NCBI GenBank assembly: GCA_913043205.1
Contig: CAJWLF010000012.1
Span: 7,101-71,100, forward strand
Reading direction: 5' to 3'
From: an uncultured Chloroflexota bacterium
GTDB taxonomy: Bacteria; Chloroflexota; UBA11872; VXNJ01
DNA length: 64,000 bases
The first letter of the stretch is position 1; each line of letters starts with the position of its first letter. Made by a program: the position numbers and the translations under genes. The notes under the pieces were generated by a model. It was given only the letters and a program-made list of their open reading frames with translations, was not told the origin of the DNA and searched no databases. Positions 58,082-64,000 of this stretch are shown here, in pieces.

Positions 58082-58891
58082 ATCTGTTTTCAGTGTTCCA
58101 GAGACGATTTCCAATGTACGTTTTGTGCGTTGTTCAATGATGACAATAGATCCATTGCTAGCGAAAGTCTTCACTATCCCTTGCTTTAATTCGTGGTTTG
58201 TTTCTACAGTTACCCGTTTGCCTATGAGGCGAGATAAGTTTACATAATTGTCGAATAGGTGATCGGGATTATGGTTCATATCTGAAATAGCATCGATCAA
58301 TGAAGACGCTACCGAGCAGATAACAAGTTCTCTATCTACGGGCTTGCCAATTTCTGATGCTAGGCTGGTTGCTGGATATGATGACCTGTTTATGATTTTG
58401 GGAGCTACGTTTAAATTGGCTCCTAATCCTATGATTAAGGCTCCATTGACTTGTTCTACAAGAGCTCCTCCAACCTTTTTGCCTTTAATGACGGCATCGT
58501 TTGGCCACTTAATATGGACATCTACTGAATATGGTTGGCGAAGCCCCTTAGTTAATCCAACCGCTGCTGCTTGAGCGAGTATGCCTGCATCGAATCTTTT
58601 AGCTTGAGTGATCATTAGAGATAGGGCTAGAGAGGAATTTGCCGGCGTTTGCCATTTTCTTCCTCTGCGCCCTTTTCCATCTGTTTGCTGATCTGCTACG
58701 AACAGGTAGGTCCCTTTTACACCTTGCTCTACTGCCTGTTTAGCATCGTCATTTGTTGATTTGGTTATTTTGCGGTATTCGAGAGTGCAATTGGGTAAAT
58801 CAAAATTTAGCAACCCTTCCAATCTACCAATATCCAAAGGTTTGGCTAGTCTCACTGCATTATTATGGTTGGTCTCTATCTGTAGTCCCAC
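58073..58891 (-). CDS. birA: Biotin--[acetyl-CoA-carboxylase] ligase
   Basis: QTDGKGRRGRKWQTP signature. No obvious N-terminal HTH. Confidence 0.85.
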   Translation of the reverse strand: MGLQIETNHNNAVRLAKPLDIGRLEGLLNFDLPNCTLEYRKITKSTNDDAKQAVEQGVKGTYLFVADQQTDGKGRRGRKWQTPANSSLALSLMITQAKRFDAGILAQAAAVGLTKGLRQPYSVDVHIKWPNDAVIKGKKVGGALVEQVNGALIIGLGANLNVAPKIINRSSYPATSLASEIGKPVDRELVICSVASSLIDAISDMNHNPDHLFDNYVNLSRLIGKRVTVETNHELKQGIVKTFASNGSIVIIEQRTKRTLEIVSGTLKTDSA

Positions 58892-59562
58892 ACTTTGCGA
58901 AACTCTTCCATACTCATACCTGGCTTTAGGCCTTCTAGCACCCCACCCTCACGTTTTCGTATTTCTTCCACAGCCTCTGGCATTTTTTCAGCGATAGAAA
59001 GAGGGATTTTTACTACACCGTTAATGTCACCATGAAGCAGGTCACCTGGGTTTATCTCGCATCCGGAAATAGTGACTGGAGTTCCCACCTCTACCATGGC
59101 CAACTGACCGTGCGAAACGCATACGGCTGGCGAAAAAAATTGAACTCCACCAATCTCACGTATTTCTTCAATGTCACGAATTGCTCCATCCGTGACAACT
59201 CCCACTGCGCCTAACACTTTACATGAGGTCATCATCATCTCGCCCCACTGAGAAGCTCGTCTTGGGTTGTCAGATATATCCTGGATTACGCAGACAGCTG
59301 GTTTGGGTGAGTTGTTGATCGCATCGAAAAAAGCAAACCGATTCTCTATGAGGGTGTCTGCATCGTCCGCAATACTCATGATCTTCGCAGTTACCGCATA
59401 TCCGACCATTACTCCTTCTTCCGGGTACCGGCACTCGATTTCAGGACCTAAATACCCTTCATGTCGCCCTCGGATCTTGAATGGTTCTATTGCGTTGGAG
59501 ATGGTAGGGCTGTCAATGGACTTTAATGTTTTTATCAATTTTGGCGGTAACGGATCAGTCAA
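58876..59562 (-). CDS. RraA-family protein (4-hydroxy-4-methyl-2-oxoglutarate aldolase/oxaloacetate decarboxylase-like)
   Basis: GAVGVVTDGAIRD motif; about 228 aa. Confidence 0.75.
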   Translation of the reverse strand: MTDPLPPKLIKTLKSIDSPTISNAIEPFKIRGRHEGYLGPEIECRYPEEGVMVGYAVTAKIMSIADDADTLIENRFAFFDAINNSPKPAVCVIQDISDNPRRASQWGEMMMTSCKVLGAVGVVTDGAIRDIEEIREIGGVQFFSPAVCVSHGQLAMVEVGTPVTISGCEINPGDLLHGDINGVVKIPLSIAEKMPEAVEEIRKREGGVLEGLKPGMSMEEFRKVWDYR

Positions 59563-59669
59563 ACTGGTTGCTCCTTAGTTCATAGTAACGGTGTAGACGT
59601 GTAATGATGCACTTAGTTACTTCAGGTATCTTTACGAGTTTAGTCGGATAGTTTCAGTGGTGCTAATTA

Positions 59670-60530
59670 TTACCAATAATCCTCTGTGATCACTTGCGCT
59701 CCTCGTCCCTTTATCTGATAGCCACGCGGCTCCAAAACACTGGTGATATCTGCGATCATTTCCGGATTACCACAGAGATAATAAGCTGCCTGTTGAGGGT
59801 TATCCAAACCTACAAGGGCGTTATTGATAGATTTTGCTGGGACGGGTGTGATTCTTCCCGAGTGGGACTCGTTCAGCAATAAGCGAACTAGGTCATTTGC
59901 TCGTCCACAAGAAATTGAATCATTGTAATCGGCGTCTTGGTCGGGTCGACTGACGGTTGGGATGTAGGTAAAGCCAAAGTCATTGTCTGCAGAAAGTGAT
60001 TCAAGTTCGTCCCTGTAGCCCAATTCATTGCTGTAGCTCACTCCGTGAATTATTGTGATCTGCCGGTCAAAAGATTTAGTTTTCCTATAAAGCTCATGTT
60101 GCTCTCTTACCATCGATACAAATGGTGCTAAGCCTGTTCCAGTAGCAACGCAAACTACTTGTTTTAAGTCAGTTCTAGTTAAATCAAATCTTCCGGCTGG
60201 TCCCATTACGAGAATTTTGCTACCTATGGCCTGATGATTCCACAATGTCCCGGTAAAACTTCCCAAGCTTTTTCCGTCTTCCCCTCCTTCTCTTACCAGG
60301 ACAGCATAAAACTCTAGTTCCGAATTATTGGAAGGCGTTGAGGCTATTGAAAATTGCCGAGGCCTTGGGTCATATTCTGGCTGATCCCAGAATGCTAGCT
60401 GCGCATACTGCCCAGCTTTAAAATCCCAAAATAATTGATCGTCAGATCGTGCGATTCGAAATATCGCCAGATCATTGCTACCTACGGTTTCCCAATGCGA
60501 GATGTATGCTTCTTCCATCCGGTCCCGCAA
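59670..60530 (-). CDS. Ferredoxin/flavodoxin--NADP+ reductase (Fpr-type)
   Basis: RQFSIAS (RxYS-type FAD motif), ATGTGLAPF and YLCGNPEM. Start is either TTG 60530 or ATG 60518. Confidence 0.8.
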   Translation of the reverse strand: MRDRMEEAYISHWETVGSNDLAIFRIARSDDQLFWDFKAGQYAQLAFWDQPEYDPRPRQFSIASTPSNNSELEFYAVLVREGGEDGKSLGSFTGTLWNHQAIGSKILVMGPAGRFDLTRTDLKQVVCVATGTGLAPFVSMVREQHELYRKTKSFDRQITIIHGVSYSNELGYRDELESLSADNDFGFTYIPTVSRPDQDADYNDSISCGRANDLVRLLLNESHSGRITPVPAKSINNALVGLDNPQQAAYYLCGNPEMIADITSVLEPRGYQIKGRGAQVITEDYW

Positions 60531-60704
60531 ATCCCGCCTGGCAGTCTTGCCCTGATCTTTATTCCTGGTTTTGTCCAGAATGTTACCCCCCTGAACTGTA
60601 GTGATAAATGATAATGGCTGAACTTGGCTATTTTGATTACTTTACTAGTTGTTTATACCTATCCAATCGCCCCGTAAGTAGGGTAGTGCTCAGTTTCAGT
60701 AATA

Positions 60705-62111
60705 TCAACTTTCTGAAATCAGGCTTACTAGATGTTCTGCTGGTTCTAAGAGCAGTTCTGACAACGTGGGGTGCAGGTGTGGTATTTGAACGATGTCATA
60801 GATCGTTGCGTTAAAGTACATCGCTACTATTGCCTCATGGATTAATTCAGATCCATTTGGGCCAAGAATGTGTACCCCAAGGATATGGCCGTTGTCACGG
60901 TCAGCAACGATTTTTATTAGGCCTTTGTTTTGTCCCATTGTTAAGGCTTTACCCTGATCTTCGAATGTTTCAGAGGCTTCTATAACGTTGTAGCCTTTAA
61001 AGGAGGCCTCTCTAGCAGTCATCCCTACTATGCCGACGGAAGGGTCCGTAAACACTGCTTGTGGGATTAAATCAGTTGAAAACTTCTTTAAGTCCGACAA
61101 ATGAAACGCGTTATGGCCGATAATTTCTCCTTGTTGCGTGGCTACATGGACCAACTGGTGATGTCCCACAGACCTGCCTCCTACAACGTCCCCACCAGCA
61201 AATACCCTATTGTTGGAAGTTCTCAAATATTGATCTACTTGGACTTGTCCATCAGGGCAATCTATTCCTGCTTTGCCGCAGTTAAGTCCGTCAATCGCAG
61301 GCTTGCGGCCAAGGGCTAACATAATCTCATCTGAGTCAATCGCGAATTCTCGCCCTGCTCGTGTGATTACGGAGCGTTTTTTCCCGTCAGGTGCATTTTC
61401 TAACCTAACAATTGTCGATTCAGTGAGTATTGTGATTCCTTCGGACTGTAGGTAGCGCTCTAATGACTGAGCCACGGTATGGTCGAAACTGCTAAGTATA
61501 TGAGAGCTACGTTGTACGACCGTAACTTTTGTGCCTAGTCGTTGGAACAATTGTGCAAACTCTATAGCCACTGGACCTCCTCCATATATTGCTATAGATC
61601 TTGGTAATTCAGATAGTTCCAGTGCGTCGTCACTATTGATATATCCAACCTCAGTGAGTCCTGGTATGTCGGGATTCCATATTCTTGATCCTGTAGACAA
61701 TACAAAATGGTCGGCTGTTAACTTGTTGCCGTTAACATATACTTCGGTTGGAGATACAAAGGACCCCCAACCTCGGATGATTTCGATTCCGGGCAAACCT
61801 TCTGCTGATTCAAGCCTGTAATCTGCGAATTCATTGACTAAGCGTCTTTTGCGATGCACTATTTTGCGCCAGTTGATCTCCAGTTTGCCCGTACTTAGGC
61901 CAAGGTCCCCACACTCTCGTATGAGTTGGGCGACTTCAGCAGAGCGCAGCATAGTTTTTGTTGGCATACAGCCACGTAATATGCATAGACCGCCGAATTC
62001 CTCATCTGCTTCGATTAAAGCAACACTACGGTTGGGCGTGCTTGCTACTCTGGCGGCGTGATATCCGGCAGATCCAGCACCGATTACAATCATTTCATAA
62101 TGTGATTTCAA
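60705..62111 (-). CDS. Class I pyridine nucleotide-disulfide oxidoreductase (dihydrolipoyl dehydrogenase / mercuric-reductase-like)
   Basis: VIGAGSAGYHAA, redox-active GGLCILRGCMPTK, and a C-terminal dimerisation domain with HPTLSE. I prefer the TTG at 62109-62111 (MKSHYEMIVIGAG, GGAG 6 nt upstream) over the ORF-track start 62222. Confidence 0.85.
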   Translation of the reverse strand: MKSHYEMIVIGAGSAGYHAARVASTPNRSVALIEADEEFGGLCILRGCMPTKTMLRSAEVAQLIRECGDLGLSTGKLEINWRKIVHRKRRLVNEFADYRLESAEGLPGIEIIRGWGSFVSPTEVYVNGNKLTADHFVLSTGSRIWNPDIPGLTEVGYINSDDALELSELPRSIAIYGGGPVAIEFAQLFQRLGTKVTVVQRSSHILSSFDHTVAQSLERYLQSEGITILTESTIVRLENAPDGKKRSVITRAGREFAIDSDEIMLALGRKPAIDGLNCGKAGIDCPDGQVQVDQYLRTSNNRVFAGGDVVGGRSVGHHQLVHVATQQGEIIGHNAFHLSDLKKFSTDLIPQAVFTDPSVGIVGMTAREASFKGYNVIEASETFEDQGKALTMGQNKGLIKIVADRDNGHILGVHILGPNGSELIHEAIVAMYFNATIYDIVQIPHLHPTLSELLLEPAEHLVSLISES

Positions 62112-62322
62112 AGTGGCTCCATGTGGATGGATTTCGTGCGAGTGTTCATATCTTGAAGGCTGACACCAATTGATTAGTCCGGGGTGATCATAGTATGAGT
62201 AAATTAGGTAAGCACAATCCATATGAACATTTCAGGGGTCCCATTATTCAACAACAATATGACAGGACTGTGGCTTCAGATACGATCATGCCGTGAAAAA
62301 CACTGGGGTGGTAGCTGCGCAA

Positions 62323-62541
62323 TTACTGGTCTACAGACGATGTGTTTGTTGGTTGTCTTAGTTTTCTTACTACACTTTTTGCGTGCAGCAACTCTCTCTT
62401 CAGCAATGCCATCGCTCGTGCTTGATGCAGGGTGAATCCGAGGACTCGTAGGCTACGTTCCTCGTTACGCAGATTTGATGCTAGTGAGGAGTTTTTTGCC
62501 ACTTTTTTAGACGTCAGGTCTTTTTTGTCGTTCTGCTGCAT
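62323..62541 (-). CDS. Small basic ORF (72 aa) abutting the ftsZ stop; coding status unproven
   Basis: The ATG immediately follows the ftsZ TAA (..CGT TAA ATG CAG..). Lys/Arg-rich with a predicted helical segment. No recognisable family. Confidence 0.3.
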   Translation of the reverse strand: MQQNDKKDLTSKKVAKNSSLASNLRNEERSLRVLGFTLHQARAMALLKRELLHAKSVVRKLRQPTNTSSVDQ

Positions 62542-63897
62542 TTAACGATCCTGTCGTCTGCGGATAAAAGCAGGGATTTCACTGTCACTAAGGTCAAATG
62601 ATTGTTGAACTTCGAAATCTGTATTTTGTGACTTTGGTGCGGTATCGTCATAACGGGTAGATGATGGTTCTGGATCGGGGCTTTCGATCGGTGATTCGGT
62701 TGCTATAGGGTTGCTGTTATCGATTAAGTCATCGGTTTGGTTTGTCGTGACAGCGTCCTTATCCTCCGATTTGTTCGTGTTAATCACAATTTCGCGTACT
62801 TTATTAAACCTATCCAGAGATATTTCGCTTTCGTAGTTATTTTGCCTTCTATTGATTGAGGACCTGTCTAGCCCAGTTGCAATCACAGTTACTGTCATAG
62901 TGTCAGATAGTCTTGGATCTATGACGGCGCCGAATACTATTTGAGCATCGATGTTTGCGATTTTTTGTATGCCAGTGACGACATGGTTGATTTCATGAAT
63001 CCCAAGGTCTTCCCCACCAGTAATGTTGATTAGGACTCCATCAGCATTGCTAATAGGACATGCGAGTAATGGGCTGTCCATGGCAGCTTGCAGTGCTTCG
63101 TCAGCACGATTGTCTCCACGACCGGAACCTAAACTCATAACTGCTGTTCCGGCCAGCTTCATGACACTACGGACGTCCGCGAAATCAACGTTCACTATTC
63201 CGACTGTAGTGATTAAATCTGTTATGCCACGCACCCCATTCAGCAACATCTTATCGGCTTGATAAAAAGCCTGTTCGATTGAAGTGTCTCTGTGGACAGC
63301 ATTCATCAATAAGTTATTTTCTATTACTACCAATGAGTCGACGTTTTTGCTCATTTTATCCAGGCCATCTAGAGCAGCCTGATTGCGATGACTACCTTCG
63401 AAAACAAATGGTTTGCTGACTATCCCTACGGTTAACACCCCCATTTCCATAGCTGTTTTGGCAACTACAGGAGCCGCCCCTGTGCCTGTTCCTCCACCCA
63501 TGCCGGCGGTCACAAAAACCATATCGGCTCCCTCGATGGAAGATCTGATTTCGTCGATACTCTCTGAGGCAGCTCTCTCTCCCATTGATGGATCTCCTCC
63601 CGCCCCAAGGTTTCCAGTTGCGTTGCGACCTATTGATAATTTAGATGCAGCCAAGCACTGAGCTAAGTCCTGTGAATCACTATTTACTGCTATAAGTTCA
63701 ACGCCGGAAATCCCTTCTGACACCATTCTGTTCAAAGCATTATTTCCGGCCCCACCGACGCCGAACACTTTGATCTCAGTAGATCCATTTGCTTTCATCT
63801 TGTTCTTCGGGGAAATAACACTGGCTACAACGTTTGAAGGGCGTTGTCTGTCTTTAAGACGACGTGGATCGAATGCTGCTCCATCGGTATTAGACAC
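62542..63897 (-). CDS. ftsZ: Cell division protein FtsZ
   Basis: IKVFGVGGAGNNALNRM and GGGTGTGAAPVVA tubulin signature. Long acidic/variable C-terminal linker ending DSEIPAFIRRRQ. GTG start with GAGGAAG upstream; an alternative ATG lies at 63798. Confidence 0.95.
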   Translation of the reverse strand: MSNTDGAAFDPRRLKDRQRPSNVVASVISPKNKMKANGSTEIKVFGVGGAGNNALNRMVSEGISGVELIAVNSDSQDLAQCLAASKLSIGRNATGNLGAGGDPSMGERAASESIDEIRSSIEGADMVFVTAGMGGGTGTGAAPVVAKTAMEMGVLTVGIVSKPFVFEGSHRNQAALDGLDKMSKNVDSLVVIENNLLMNAVHRDTSIEQAFYQADKMLLNGVRGITDLITTVGIVNVDFADVRSVMKLAGTAVMSLGSGRGDNRADEALQAAMDSPLLACPISNADGVLINITGGEDLGIHEINHVVTGIQKIANIDAQIVFGAVIDPRLSDTMTVTVIATGLDRSSINRRQNNYESEISLDRFNKVREIVINTNKSEDKDAVTTNQTDDLIDNSNPIATESPIESPDPEPSSTRYDDTAPKSQNTDFEVQQSFDLSDSEIPAFIRRRQDR

Positions 63898-64000
63898 GGG
63901 CGATCACTTCCTCTACTAATTTGTCATATATTCCTCTGGCTGCGTTGGCCCCTTTGTATGCGTACAGTGAAACTCCAGCACTTGACGCTTCTAATATTTT
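63890..64000 (-). CDS. 3' end of an unidentified gene (runs off the window end); the tail weakly resembles D-Ala-D-Ala ligase C-termini
   Basis: My minus-strand translation gives ...KILEASSAGVSLYAYKGANAARGIYDKLVEEVIARV*. The stop (63890-63892) overlaps the ftsZ GTG region. Only 36 residues are visible. Confidence 0.3.
   Translation of the reverse strand, partial: KILEASSAGVSLYAYKGANAARGIYDKLVEEVIARV

Noticed and set aside
62112-62222. 37-residue N-terminal extension of the disulfide reductase given by the ORF track
   Set aside because: The extension (MDCAYLIYSYYDHPGLINW...) has no counterpart in the family. A TTG with GGAG upstream gives the canonical MKSHYEMIVIGAG N-terminus.
1-64000. Scan for mobile elements, defence systems, CRISPR and rRNA/tRNA genes
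   Set aside because: I saw no transposase, integrase or recombinase motifs, no long terminal inverted repeats, no repeat-spacer arrays, no restriction/abortive-infection/toxin-antitoxin-like gene pairs, and no cloverleaf-compatible sequences in the intergenic gaps. This by-eye scan cannot exclude short or highly divergent elements.

Overview
This window reads as a contiguous, densely coding piece of bacterial chromosome with about 68 protein genes on both strands. I found no rRNA or tRNA genes, no CRISPR array, and no transposase, integrase, phage or recognisable defence genes. It therefore looks like core genome rather than an accessory island.

Gene content, in order:
- uvrA (5' part), then a CysO/MoaD-like sulfur carrier, an RmlA-like nucleotidyltransferase and ftsY.
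- Glycolate oxidase genes glcEF and glcD, separated by panC and a Lon-N-domain gene.
- thrC, proS, cysE, rplS, rnhB, an Mrp/ApbC Fe-S carrier and an orphan nuoB.
- An eight-gene branched-chain amino-acid operon on the minus strand (ilvB-ilvN-ilvC-leuA-leuC-leuD-leuB-cimA), preceded by a textbook T-box leader.
- An MFS transporter, a DUF3604-like protein, a rhodanese plus MoeB/ThiF pair, and an SDR/MarR/enolase-superfamily group.
- coaE, the ribD-ribE-ribBA-ribH operon, and an orphan MalK/MsiK-like ABC ATPase.
- A small polysaccharide locus: GT4, priming sugar transferase, GT4, two Wzz-like genes and a Walker-less BY-kinase-like gene.
- birA, an Fpr-type reductase, a flavoprotein disulfide reductase and ftsZ.

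The T-box usage, frequent TTG/GTG starts and overall gene content suggest a Terrabacteria-type lineage, possibly Chloroflexota. That is only a low-confidence inference.

I did not find a convincing new multi-gene system. The leads most worth a second look are:
1. The T-box, whose specifier I read as GUC (Val), controlling an operon that carries both leuA and cimA.
2. The polysaccharide locus with a split Wzz pair and a catalytically degenerate BY-kinase homologue.
3. A CysO-type sulfur carrier whose Gly-Gly is capped by a 6-residue tail, encoded far from its candidate E1.
4. A divergent Mrp/NBP35 and orphan nuoB pair.
5. A 352-nt non-coding stretch with a repeated GGTTTT(T)ACCG motif upstream of the orphan ABC ATPase.

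All protein calls rest on motif recognition by eye in the supplied translations. No database search was run.
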